From the NCBI RefSeq assembly GCF_000002075.1, contig NW_004797591.1, forward strand, positions 526,392 through 590,391: a stretch of DNA of 64,000 bases, given 5' to 3'. Numbering within the stretch: the stretch's first letter is position 1; each line of letters starts with the position of its first letter. The translations under genes were made by a program, and so were the position numbers. Below the pieces are notes generated by a model. The model had not been told where the DNA came from and made no database searches. It saw only the letters and a list, made by a program, of their open reading frames with translations. Below are positions 12,901 through 26,150 of this stretch, one piece after another. This DNA comes from Aplysia californica. Lineage: Eukaryota.

Positions 12901-13353
12901 AGGGATACAACTCCTGCAGGTCTGCAGTGAGTATGCTTGTGACCTACCAGCTCATCGGGGCCGACTCCAACACTTACTGACTTCAAGGTTAGTAGCTCAC
13001 CCACAGCAACCCAAAAGCTATGATGAACAAACACGTTAGTTATGTCAATTGTCATAACATTTTAGCGGAGGTGGGACGGGGAGAACGGAAAAACAAGCCA
13101 GCAAATCGTACATAAGCACATGCAGTATGACATTTCCGAGATACACTCTTTATTTTTCTTTCACTCAATTAACACCCTAATAGCTATATATAGGTCTAGC
13201 ATGATATGTCGAAGAGTCAGATAACAAATTTTACCTTTAAGAAAAAGTAATCCAGTTCTGAAAGTTTTAAAAAAAAAGGAAATCAAAGGTCACTGTAAGG
13301 GTCAGTTTTCATCTCTGACATCCAGTCATCTCAACGATTCTTTGATCTACTCC
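12901..13353 (+). repeat. 453-bp near-identical duplicate of 10119-10571
   Basis: Direct comparison. Confidence 0.9.
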
Positions 13354-13930
13354 CTTTTCCAGTCTTATGGATAAAGTACTACAGGTTAATGTTGCTAATA
13401 ATCACACTTCTTCCCNNNNNNNNNNNNNNNNNNNNNNNNNNNNNNNNNNNNNNNNNNNNNNNNNNNNNNNNNNNNNNNNNNNNNNNNNNNNNNNNNNNNN
13501 NNNNNNNNNNNNNNNNNNNNNNNNNNNNNNNNNNNNNNNNNNNNNNNNNNNNNNNNNNNNNNNNTATTTATATATACATCGTTCATTCTGCACGTGTTTT
13601 CCATTCCGATTGCACATTCAAATATATTAGTATTAGTGATAAATGTAAATGTTTCACGCTTCGACTCTGTCCGTCAAAGGCAACTAGGGCCCAGTGGGAT
13701 ACATGTGTAACGTCCAGACAGAAAGACTAAAAGGTTCGATTTTAGAAACTTCCACCACTGGGAATCGAACATACTATATTTTCTGCGCGTAACAGAAAAG
13801 ACCATTGCAGTCTTGAGTACCAAGCCAGCACTGAAGAAGACCCTAACAAATTACACCACACAGTCAGTGTTTCTCGACCACTCGAGAAGAATGAGTCATT
13901 ACTTGCACAGACGGGCTCCAAACACAACAT

Positions 13931-13932
<2 letters not shown>

Positions 13933-13988
<56 letters not shown>

Positions 13989-13991
13989 ACA
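13933..13991. repeat. (CA)n microsatellite
   Basis: Seen directly. Confidence 0.95.
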
Positions 13992-15657
13992 AACGCAGAG
14001 CCTGTTTGCCAGGCGGCAAGGGTTCAAAGCTCGAACATGCACGAATTGTTTACCAAATCTGCCGGAGAAAGCAACTGACACACACAATTATGCTGACAAT
14101 GCAAGGCTAAGCAAAATGTATAATATATGAAAATTGTAAAAACCAAAGACTGATAATACTCATTTAAAGCGTTTCAATTTCAGCAGTTACCCTCTTTATC
14201 GCCTTGGGAATAACACAAAACATTGGGCAATTTCACGCTTTCTGACTGAATGTCTCCTTGGCTTGTTTAAAACTAATTTTTTAGAGTAAAGTCTTTAAAA
14301 AGTGCCCCCCTCCCAAAAAAAAAAGCAAGGGGCGTGGGACAAGTTAGCCTAACATTTAATGATAACGATCAAAGGAAACTGGTGCAGTTGTTAGACGAGA
14401 AATAACAAGGCAGGCCTTGGCCCCTCCTGATTTTGCCTTTCTCGACCAGGGGCAAAAAAAGAATCGCGGCTTTGCTTTTCAGCGGCGGAGTGGAATTAAC
14501 GGAACATTTCACATGGGACTCGCAAAAGTGGTGCTGTGTGGTGCTGGGCAACCTGGAAATTGTAAATCCGGTTAATCGGTTAACTTATAGTTTTGAAACG
14601 ATCACAGGTTCAAGGTCTTGTGATCCAGACCACTAGTTTATTTACGAAATGGTTCTCTCATGGTCAGTTGTCGAATAAAAAGTTGGTGNNNNNNNNNNNN
14701 NNNNNNNNNNNNNNNNNNNNNNNNNNNNNNNNNNNNNNNNNNNNNNNNNNNNNNNNNNNNNNNNNNNNNNNNNNNNNNNNNNNNNNNNNNNNNNNNNNNN
14801 NNNNNNNNNNNNNNNNNNNNNNNNNNNNNNNNNNNNNNNNNNNNNNNNNNNNNNNNNNNNNNNNNNCAGGCAGACAGACATAAATGGAACCTGGAATTTA
14901 TCGTAATCTATTATCTATTTGTGGTGGCCGAATTTTGCTATTCAAAAGGCTTTTTAATGGCTGCATCGATCGACATGCAGTTTTCGCCAAAAGATTCCTT
15001 AAAATATTCTCCAGATCATGGCACCCTTCGTGTGTTTTTTTAGTTTTGAGACAGTTTTGCTGCAAAAAGCTAAATTTCTTTATTTCGCCGATCGCTTTTG
15101 TAGGCCGACGCTTCTGTCTCTGAAATTTTAGAAAATCCGGAAATGATATTTCGCAAGGCGCGTTTTGTTTTGAGAGTATAGATCTAGATCTAGACCTTAT
15201 AATTTTTTGCATCTCTCAAGATTTATTGCCCCATTCCAGTAGAGTGTAAATATAGCAGGCCAATAGAGAACGTTTAGTATAAGAACGTATAGGCACCGCC
15301 GATCATTCTTTTCATCGAAAGGGGGCCCAGCTAGTATTATATATGCACAATATAACTAACAAGTCAATATCAATTTTGTCAAAGAGTGTTATTTTTTTCT
15401 CTTTTACAGAAGTGATGAAATTGGACGGCTGGGTGTAAGTGTAATACAGTATCTGATCAGAAAGATGGAGATACACTGCTGACAGAAACATATTTCTCCA
15501 CGTGAGAATCGATCACGTGTCTTTCGTATGCAATGGCAAAGAGTCTAAAATACAAAAGATGCAAGTCCAAGTAGCCCTCACGAATTCTTTGGTTAGGGCG
15601 TAGACCCTGCCTTATCTTGGCCCTGAGTGTATGTGTGTGTGTAATTTGTGTGCGTGC

Positions 15658-15689
<32 letters not shown>

Positions 15690-16881
15690 NNNNNNNNNNN
15701 NNNNNNNNNNNNNNNNNNNNNNNNNNNNNNNNNNNNNNNNNNNNNNNNNNNNNNNNNNNNNNNNNNNNNNNNNNNNNNNNNNNNNNNNNNNNNNNNNNNN
15801 NNNNNNNNNNNNNNNNNNNNNNNNNNNNNNNNNNNNNNNNNNNNNNNNNNNNNNNNNNNNNNNNNNNNNNNNNNNNNNNNNNNNNNNNNNNNNNNNNNNN
15901 NNNNNNNNNNNNNNNNNNNNNNNNNNNNNNNNNNNNNNNNNNNNNNNNNNNNNNNNNNNNNNNNNNNNNNNNNNNNNNNNNNNNNNNNNNNNNNNNNNNN
16001 NNNNNNNNNNNNNNNNNNNNNNNNNNNNNNNNNNNNNNNNNNNNNNNNNNNNNNNNNNNNNNNNNNNNNNNNNNNNNNNNNNNNNNNNNNNNNNNNNNNN
16101 NNNNNNNNNNNNNNNNNNNNNNNNNNNNNNNNNNNNNNNNNNNNNNNNNNNNNNNNNNNNNNNNNNNNNNNNNNNNNNNNNNNNNNNNNNNNNNNNNNNN
16201 NNNNNNNNNNNNNNNNNNNNNNNNNNNNNNNNNNNNNNNNNNNNNNNNNNNNNNNNNNNNNNNNNNNNNNNNNNNNNNNNNNNNNNNNNNNNNNNNNNNN
16301 NNNNNGGGGGGGGGTCGCACTGGGTGCGGGAAGAGTGTCCTTGAGTTCCTGCACTGGCGTAGGTAACCCTTTACTTCTAGCTGGAATTATACGGTATGGT
16401 ATGGTTCAATTCCCATGTCAACAAATTAAAATTGTTTGGTTTTGTTTTGTTTTTAAGGAGGGCTGGATCTGACTCTTGACGTCGACTTCCTTGATGGGTT
16501 TTTTTTTCCTAACTTTGCTTGATCCGTATTTAAAACATAAAATATATTAGTTGTTGAGAAGGCGGGGTGGGGGTTTCAAATACGTTTTTTGGTGATTGGC
16601 TTTTGTTTGTTAATTTGTCGCTTTTAGTCTGTCTGCGCTTTATTGAAGGGGGAGTTCGGGGTCGGGGGGGGGGTGTACCCAGACCAGACCATGATTCGAG
16701 AGAACGGCATGAAAATGAGCTGGGCAGAAGACAAGGTAAGCGCAGACTGAAGACCCAATTCCTGCCTCAGAAAGGCTGTGGTGAAAAAACGGCACCCTAC
16801 CCAAGAGGGTTGTCGCCCTTGCTGGTGGGACATATCTCCAAGAACGTTCGGGGAGTGCCCATCTCCTTTTTAATAAAAAAA

Positions 16882-16960
16882 GTTTTAGTAGAGATTTTAC
16901 GGCGCTCTCTACTGCATAAGGTCATATGAGCCCCAAGGGGTGGATGTCAACAGAGAAGTC
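16882..16960 (-). mobile_element. Retroposon 3' tail intermediate between SINE family A and family B
   Basis: ttttacggcgctctctactgcataaggtcatatgagccccaag: family A-type stem and loop with a family B-like CTTGGG upstream flank and ACTAAAACT tail. Confidence 0.6.
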
Positions 16961-18428
16961 CCTCCAGAGAATCAGGCCCACCCTCTTCACCTCTCTAGCT
17001 TCAACAGCACGAAAGTCTGCTTCAACAATCAAGGCACTCCGGAAATAGCGGGTCACAAGAGTGTGACAAACATACAAAAAGAAGTAGAAGGAAAATGACG
17101 GTAGTAAGGTTTGGGAAAGAAAAGGCAGCAGTTCCCTGTTGCAGTTCAGGCGAAATTATGAGCATGGCATTGATGAATCAGCCCATTTACAATTTTACTG
17201 TGCATAAGAACAGGTTAATGTCCCCTTTGGGAATGGCCTAAAGACACTTCAGTCAGTAGCACCGCCCCCCCCCCACCCCGGGGAGGGGCGGGGGTAGCCC
17301 ATGTCGAAAGTACTGAATCATAAAAACGTCTTTTGTGAATGACAAGAAGAGCGCAACCATTACGACACATACGCCGGTGACTAAACTAAAAGTCAGAGCC
17401 CACAAGAATGGTATTGAAGCAACTGAGCCCAAATCGAGACTGATTTGAATACATATCTGGAGACAACATCGAAAGTGCTTGAATATCGCATCATCCTGGG
17501 TGCTGCAATTAGCTGCCAACTTGACAAAGACGCAGAAAGTCGAGGTACCAATCGGCGAGTGGCGCAGATTTTCCTTGCCCTTTCGAAAATCATGATTTTG
17601 CTCCCCTTCTTCTGTGTCCCGTTGGTGAGATAAAGAACTAAATATGAAAGGCCAAGAAGATTTGGATTCAGATTTTACCAAGAATAAACTAGATACAACC
17701 CAGCATAACGGGGTCTTAACTGCAAGTGTACAAAGATGATACCAATCAAGAAGTCGCCAAACAGTTAGTTATTACCATATCTTCGCTGAGTACGTTATGC
17801 CGGCAGTACAGAAAGGCAGCTCTTTACAACAAGTCAGAACGATAGGAACATTTCGCCAGGTTTGTTTGCTTTTTTCTAAACGATTGTAGCACGCTATGAG
17901 ACACAAATAGGTCATTTAAAAGGCAAAATTGTACGAGTCTCAATGGTCATTTTTTTTCCCAAGACCAGGCCAACGGTCAACGGACTGAAGCTGGAAAGAA
18001 TGCAGCCAATGACTTAAGAGGTTGTAGCGTGGGAGTGGCGCCCAGCCAACAGGGCAGCTGAGCCCCCAGATTGTAGGAAAAATTGACTTTTTTATGTACA
18101 TTGTATTTATATCTCCAGTCCGCCCGGGGCTGTTTTCGTCAGCCACAGAAAATAGGATAAATAAAAAGGTGAAAAGAAGTGGGACACCACGACAGAGCCA
18201 TCCGCAAACAGCCGCCGTTGAGTTATGATCGAACAAATTATATTGCCACGGATTTAAGAAAAGGAAGAGCGAGGAAATGATTTTAGTGTGAAGGAAAGCG
18301 CTATTGACACGATGTGTATGTTGGCTGAAGATGAGAAGACCACACACGTCGCAGTGGGCATTTTTATGTACAAGATACTAAACACTACATTGTAGTATCT
18401 GTCAGTCGCCTGTCCCCTCACATCAAAG

Positions 18429-18596
18429 TTTTAGTAAGAGTTTTACGATACTTGCAGCACAATAAGGTCATATAAGTGCCGAAGATCAGAGGAGTTACAA
18501 GAAAGCACAAAAAGGAAGGAGGAAAGATCAGGATGATAGAAGTTTGATAGGAAGGAAGGAGCACACAACACCCGAGCACCCGCCAAATCACCCGCA
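18429..18596 (-). mobile_element. Short retroposon family B, full length (168 bp)
   Basis: Perfect 12-bp TSD ctcacatcaaag at 18417-18428 and 18597-18608; same ends as 8911-9083. Confidence 0.9.
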
Positions 18597-21500
18597 CTCA
18601 CATCAAAGGATCGGTGTCACACTCAAAATGTCCCACAAGAAAAAATAGAGAAAACTCGGGGGTGGGGGACGGGGAAGGGTGGNNNNNNNNNNNNNNNNNN
18701 NNNNNNNNNNNNNNNNNNNNNNNNNNNNNNNNNNNNNNNNNNNNNNNNNNNNNNNNNNNNNNNNNNNNNNNNNNNNNNNNNNTGAGGGTGGCGAGTTGGC
18801 CCATACAAAGAGCAGTTCTGTTGTCAGAGTCTAACCATCACAGCACAGGCGCAAGCTCTACAGAAGCTAAATCACAGAAGTCTTTATCGGTCGTCAGTCA
18901 ACAGGAGGACGCGACACAGACCAGCACCTGAGTACCCGAGTCGCCATCAGCGCGGGAAGACAAGTGAGTCTCGTCTGCCACAAGGAGTCACTCACAGCCT
19001 GTCTGAGAGTCTCACGTCACCTCCTATAGGAGAGTCAACGCACTTGACTTGTATTTTACCTGAACGATAACGCCTACATTTCACCAGGAAGAGAATTAGG
19101 AGGCTGATAACACAAGAAAGAGCAAAAGAAATAGACCACGTCTTTGGGCCCCTCCAATTACCAATTCCATACACAATGTATGCATTTCTATGATCTATTG
19201 AAGATGGAACATTTTAACTCCAACAAGAAGTCGCAAAGTCGGTGATACGTAGCCAGAGATAAAGACTTCTACGCACAATATGGTATCAGGGAGTGTGGCA
19301 TCAAAAAGTACGCAGAACGATTCGGCGACAAGTCACAAGAGATTACATGTAGTGCTTTCGAGTACGGTAAATGTATCGAGTCTTTGGAGCCATGCGTTGA
19401 TTAATGTAATATTCTTTAAAACTTTTATTTGGCAAAACCAGGTAAAAGTCTAGAGCTAAGTCTGTGAATTGTGTTTTAAATTATCTCTTTTTTTTATCGT
19501 TACCGCCCTATGTATAATTTACATCTTCGGGTACCAGGTAAGAGTTGCCAAGAATGCTTGTCTTCGAAAAAACAGAAATCTCATCCAAGGAGAAAATTTA
19601 GGTAACAGACCTTAACATGACCAAAACTAACTTTCATTATCATATTGGCCCTCGGCGGAGGTAAATCTGGCTGGCCCCGATTGAATTCGATTGGCAGTGT
19701 GCACTGGGTATAGCTCGCCACACAGCTCGCTCACAGACAACGCTGGGCGGGCATCGAGTTTTCATTTTCAAGCCTCCACAGGGTCTTGTCCTCAAATGAT
19801 GTCGCCCAGGCATCTCCCTACCACGCAGACATCCCGTCGAGATCCTTACGGGGGGTCTTCACCGTCGACCTGTTTATCTTTGATGAGCACTTCAAATCTC
19901 AAGCACCCAACTAGATTTCTAGGTCGCTAAGAAGAAAGCGAATCCCCAAGGGGCCCTCAGAGCGTTTACCCCCATCGGCCATACGATCCGCTTTCCACTG
20001 ATTCCACCCAACCTGCGATACAAACAATACAACAGCGCCTCGATGGCCCCCCCTTCTTTTTGTACACATAGGCATTATGGGGATGCTGGGGATTCTATTG
20101 TACACGTAACTTTCAAAAGAATCGTCTACTTTGATGAAATGTCTGGTGGGTAAAGAAAGTGAACAAACACACGTATTGTTTTCCTGACTCTCAGGGTGGA
20201 TCAGGATACAAGTGTGTCCTCATCCCAGGCCAGGCCTCCCATCATTTTTATGTAGAAAGAAAGAAGGCCCTGGACTTATGAGGGCTTTCACGGGGAATCA
20301 GACAAATTATATTTGGAATAAATAACGGTAAACCGGGGGTAGTCAAAGCACTTTCATGGTTTTAAAAAATATATATTATTGGCATGCACTTTCACAGGTT
20401 TAAAAAAAATGAATTTGCTGTCTTTTGTTTCATTGTTGGGGGGTTGTTGTTTTTTCGTTTTATTTTGCTGTTTTATTTTTGTTTTGTTATTTGTTTTATT
20501 TAGTTTTGTTCTTATTTAGGGGTTNNNNNNNNNNNNNNNNNNNNNNNNNNNNNNNNNNNNNNNNNNNNNNNNNNNNNNNNNNNNNNNNNNNNNNNNNNNN
20601 NNNNNNNNNNNNNNNNNNNNNNNNNNNNNNNNNNNNNNNNNNNNNNNNNNNNNNNNNNNNNNNNNNNNNNNNNNNNNNNNNNNNNNNNNNNNNNNNNNNN
20701 NNNNNNNNNNNNNNNNNNNNNNNNNNNNNNNNNNNNNNNNNNNNNNNNNNNNNNNNNNNNNNNNNNNNNNNNNNNNNNNNNNNNNNNNNNNNNNNNNNNN
20801 NNNNNNNNNNNNNNNNNNNNNNNNNNNGGGGGGAGAGACTAGACAAGAAAAAAATTCTTATTAGGAAGCAAAAGATAACAAACCCAAAAGGGAAAAAGCA
20901 GTTATGCCACAGAATGTCGCAGAAAACAGGATTGTGGTCAAACAAGAACAAACATACGCAAAGGATATTTGGCTTCAGATAAAATTGTTTCGTTCCAGAT
21001 GTTCCTTGTTTGTTTATTTGCTTTGATTTGGGTGCAGGGGTGGGGAGGGGGTATAATTGCTGTTGTTTCTGTTTTCTGTATACCGTACGTGTAATCCCTA
21101 GCATCCACTCTTAACAGTATTTCAAAGTCATGTCGTAAAATACTGCCGTATGCATAGCACGTGCAAAGCAATCCCAAAGTCTGAATTTTCGTCTTTCCTC
21201 TTCTCGATTTGTTTGTTTTCGTTGGAATTAGAGTGCTTCTTTCCATAATTGAGCGCGCATGGAGGAGTGCGTGAGCACACGCATGAGTGCCAGTCAGACA
21301 CAGCATGGCTTGGACCGAGTTGTTTGAATCTAAAAGAGTTCAAGTGGATGTCGAAGGGCAGGTGTGGAAGAGGATGATATTTCCTTGCAATTTTATTTCA
21401 TGGTCAAGGTGTCCTGTCTATTACTGGGAGTCCGAAGGGAAATAAATTTTGTTGCGGTTTTTTGTTCGATGGTTTTTTTTTTAGGGGGGGGGGTATTAAA

Positions 21501-21668
21501 CGTTCCCTTTTAACATCCGTTTGAGGATGGTTGTGTTGGAGACTTTGTAACGGTGTGTAATGTTGTGTGTTTGTTTGTGGGGGGTGTCTGTCTGTCCGTC
21601 TGTTTGTATTAAACAAATGCATTTGCGTTTAAGTGTGTGAGAGTGGACAGTGCATGTATCCGTGTAGA

Positions 21669-21763
21669 TGTGTGTGTGTGTGTGTGTGTGTGTGTCTGTG
21701 TGTGTGCGCGCGCGCACGCGTGCGTGTGCTTGTGTATGTGTGTTTATGTGTGTGTGTGAGAGA
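21669..21763. repeat. Compound (TG)n/(CG)n/(GA)n microsatellite
   Basis: Seen directly. Confidence 0.9.
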
Positions 21764-24700
21764 GTCGGTCGGCAGTTTCCCTTCGTGGGCAGGGTATGAC
21801 TTATGACTTCTGCTTTATGGTGATAATACATAGTCCAGAGAGTACTGGTTTACTAGCTGATACAAGCCACTACCACNNNNNNNNNNNNNNNNNNNNNNNN
21901 NNNNNNNNNNNNNNNNNNNNNNNNNNNNNNNNNNNNNNNNNNNNNNNNNNNNNNNNNNNNNNNNNNNNNNNNNNNNNNNNNNNNNNNNNNNNNNNNNNNN
22001 NNNNNNNNNNNNNNNNNNNNNNNNNNNNNNNNNNNNNNNNNNNNNNNNNNNNNNNNNNNNNNNNNNNNNNNNNNNNNNNNNNNNNNNNNNNNNNNNNNNN
22101 NNNNNNNNNNNNNNNNNNNNNNNNNNNNNNNNNNNNNNNNNNNNNNNNNNNNNNNNNNNNNNNNNNNNATATCGGTGACCTATAAAATACAATAGAACTG
22201 ATAAACTTTTTGTGTGTGTGACTCAAAACCAATCAGGGTATTATCAGGTCAATCAAAAGGTGCCAAGAAGTCCAAGTGCCGTTGACAAGAAAAGTATAAT
22301 GTAAGCAAATCAAACAAAAGCGTTTTTATAAACAAATAGTCTACAAAATTCCACACTGGGTGCCCAATATTACGTCCCTATGCATTTGTGGAAAACCAAC
22401 TAACTTGCATAAGTGGAAAACCAACTTATATGCTTTTGTTTAACTTCACATTTAGTAAATTTTAAAACAATGGCTCTGTCAAAAAGAATTAATGTGCAAG
22501 CACAATCGCTGACAATTAAAAACTAAAGAAAGGCATAATTCCAGTGAAATCAGATTATGCGTAGCCTATAAACTGTCAAGAAAGCGCATCTATTTTCGGT
22601 AAACATAGTAGGCCTATAACACAGGTTGTGGGTGCAACTTCCTTTTCGTTACCATGCCATGAATGTTCCCAACAGTTTCTACTCAAAACAAAAAGATCCA
22701 TAACCACATTCGACAAAATATTCATAATCATGTTCATAATATTATATGAGTACATGTATTTTTAAAGACCCCGCCACGCCATCGGTTGCATCTGTTTACC
22801 AAAGTTGCCCCTGGTATCGTGAAATAGAAGACAACAACCAGCCCTGTCATCACCAAAAACGAATTGAAAAGGCCAGCATAGGCCAGCAGAACACATGAAA
22901 CCTTAGAAGGCGAGTTAAAGCTGAGCTTAGACGAATAATTAGGTCATAAGGGCAATAAAACTAACATCTGCGTATGTCGCGGCCGCGATTTTTCGCATAT
23001 TTCAACAAAAAAGCTACTTCATAACAATATTAGACATGTATTTTGATAAATGTAAGGTGTCCATGTATAATTATTTTCATGCGAAGAATACTATACATTG
23101 CTGTTGGTCTTTTATTTTTCCCTTTGTTGTGTTTTAATTTGTTGGTGTGTTAATTTTTTTCTAAATTGTTCTAATGCGTTGTTTTTCTATTTTCTGTGTA
23201 TACAGCACAATTTTATTTAATGTGATGTTGTTCCTACATTTAAAGAAATATATAAATGTGTTATAGTTATGTTAGAGTGTGTCTCCACCAAAAACCGAAT
23301 ACTGGCCCTTGTGTGTGGTTCCAAAATTTACATGTTAAAAATATCCTGTACTTTTTCTTGAATTACACTCGTTTAGGGTTTTTTTAAAGGGGCAATCTTC
23401 GGAAAGGTGGACACACGCCCTATTTGTTAATTTTTGTTGTCTATGTGCTATTCTAGTTTTGATTTCATTCTGTTGTGAAACCTGTATTTTTCACGTTTTT
23501 ACACTCTGTGTGGCTACAAATGATATTCTGGATGCTTAAAACAGAGCCCAAGAAATTCTGGTGCTTTGGATTAAGTTACCTATATCAACACATTGCTATA
23601 CGTTATCACAAAGAGATGAAAGTTTGAAAATTAATGGCAACTTTTGCCATTTTTGCGGCAACTTTTGGACCCCCAAAATGGCAACAAGCGCAGATGCTAG
23701 ATAAAACTGCACGTTTTTGGTGCCATTCAAGTCCGCCAACATTTTCGCAGATCTATCGACTTCCAATAGGCCTACTATATACATCCTTATTACCAAACAC
23801 AACAAAATCAAAATATTATATAATCAGTGACTCCAGTGCTATCTCATATCTTACCCCTTAACTAAACAAAATCTACAGAACATAATGTGATAGGAGACGA
23901 CACACAAAATGTAGAGAACGTTCTAAAGCACGGTTTTACCCCTCGATCAAAACAAAGATAACTTTTCTTGGGGTTCTTAAAGAAAAAAATCCCATTTTAT
24001 ACATTTTCTGTCTCCAAACTAGCACGCTGGGGAGAAATGGCGCGTCCAGTGAGTCGTGTCAGCTCAGTGTAATTACGCCCACAACCCCACTAATATCACA
24101 GACAGCAGCAGTTACAATTTGTAAACAGGGAAGAACCCCGATCTATATGTATTTCGCATCAGGCCCGGGCCAGGAAATGAAGCGATACAAACTGTTTACG
24201 CGGTATCAACAAACAGAAAGGCGCCCTGTTCTTCTGTGGTGGGAGGCCGGCCGCTCGTAACCGGGAGAAACTTCCCGCCCTGAAGTCTGAAGAGAGCAGA
24301 CGTAAACTTTCGTCTGACTGCCTGCTGACGAGTTCGCAGTTATCCAGCCTGTCGCACATTTTCCCGATGCTACAGTGCTTTAGTTTCCGGTTCGGGGTTG
24401 CTTTTTTCCCAAATATTTTTTGTTTGTTGGTTGGTTTGTTTGATTTTTGGTAATAGTTGTATTACTTTTTTTTTTATGTTATTACTTTGTCGCTTTTTTC
24501 GTGGGNNNNNNNNNNNNNNNNNNNNNNNNNNNNNNNNNNNNNNNNNNNNNNNNNNNNNNNNNNNNNNNNNNNNNNNNNNNNNNNNNNNNNNNNNNNNNNN
24601 NNNNNNNNNNNNNNNNNNNNNNNNNNNNNNNNNNNNNNNNNNNNNNNNNNNNNNNNNNNNNNNNNNNNNNNNNNNNNNNNNNNNNNNNNNNNNNNNNNNN

Positions 24701-25982
24701 NNNNNNNNNNNNNNNNNNNNNNNNNNNNNNNNNNNNNNNNNNNNNNNNNNNNNNNNNNNNNNNNNNNNNNNNNNNNNNNNNNNNNNNNNNNNNNNNNNNN
24801 NNNNNNNNNNNNNNNNNNNNNNNNNNNNNNNNNNNNNNNNNNNNNNNNNNNNNNNNNNNNNNNNNNNNNNNNNNNNNNNNNNNNNNNNNNNNNNNNNNNN
24901 NNNNNNNNNNNNNNNNNNNNNNNNNNNNNNNNNNNNNNNNNNNNNNNNNNNNNNNNNNNNNNNNNNNNNNNNNNNNNNNNNNNNNNNNNNNNNNNNNNNN
25001 NNNNNNNNNNNNNNNNNNNNNNNNNNNNNNNNNNNNNNNNNNNNNNNNNNNNNNNNNNNNNNNNNNNNNNNNNNNNNNGGTCCTCCAATCCAAGACTTCT
25101 GCACAACGTCACGACATGATGTACCCCAATTACAATCAGACTATTATATTTCTAGTGGCGCCCAAACCACGACAGGCAGAGATGGATGAGTAGCGTCCCG
25201 GAAAGAGCCGGAGACTTTGTTGTGAGCGTGTTTCCAAACCGCAGGCGTCGGGTACTTGACAGTTCTCTGTGGCTCTTCACGGGCGCGCCCTAGTGACGGT
25301 GGGTGGTGGTGGGTTGTTTGGGGGTTGCTTTTTTTTTGGGGGGGTGGTGTTTTTCGGGGGTTTTCAGGGGTGGGGTGAGGGTAGAATCAGCAAGGGTGCA
25401 GCAACAACCAATTAAGACAATAGTTACGTGACAGGATAGCGCACAAAAGCTTAGGCATACAGAAGAGGAGACGATTGAAATTGAAGTGTAATTGACTATT
25501 CCCATAAAAAGAAGAAATGTTTAAAAAGAAAAAAAAGAAATTATAGAAAGAAAAAAAAAGCACGAGCTAAGAAAAACGAAAAAAGGAAAGTAATGGCGGA
25601 TAAGAAAAAGAAAGAAAGAGAATGGATTAAACCAGTTATAAATCGATAAGATAAAAAAGAAAGAAAGAAATATCTAGAGAGAAGAGACATGAAGTCTAGA
25701 AACACACGTCATGCGATTTCTATTTTCTCACTTCACGGCGCTGCACTACATAGAGTACCTGTATACAGGATCTATCAGCACAGTTTGGTCACTTCAGTGC
25801 CATGGCACGGGTACATTTCACAGCATTGGTTGTGACAAACAAGAATTAAAACGACAGACAAACCATTAGCGACCTATATGTATTAACATCACGCCAAACA
25901 TATCGGTGATCCTGTCTCTGCGGCAGAGCCCAACATGTCTGACAGGAATCATACTTGCGCTTGACCCAGTTTGGCTCTAGGT

Positions 25983-26150
25983 ATTTTCAATGTAGATGTT
26001 TTACACCCAAATCGACACAATTTTGGATTATTTGGGAGGCGGACTTCGACCCTGCCAACCCAGACTGAGAGGGATACAAAGTGCCAGTAGAATCGAACTC
26101 GGGTCTCCAGTGTATGACGGCTGAGCGCCTTATCACTGCACCACAGTCAG
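25983..26150 (-). mobile_element. tRNA-headed SINE family C
   Basis: Minus strand TGGTGCAGTGA..GAGTTCGATTC; body GTATCCCTCTCAGTCTGGGTTGGCAGGGTCGAAGTCCGCCTCCCAAAT...ATTTGGGTGTAAAAC. Confidence 0.75.

Noticed and set aside
17253-17681. 142-aa and overlapping ORFs
   Set aside because: No recognisable domain in the frames I checked and no splice support.
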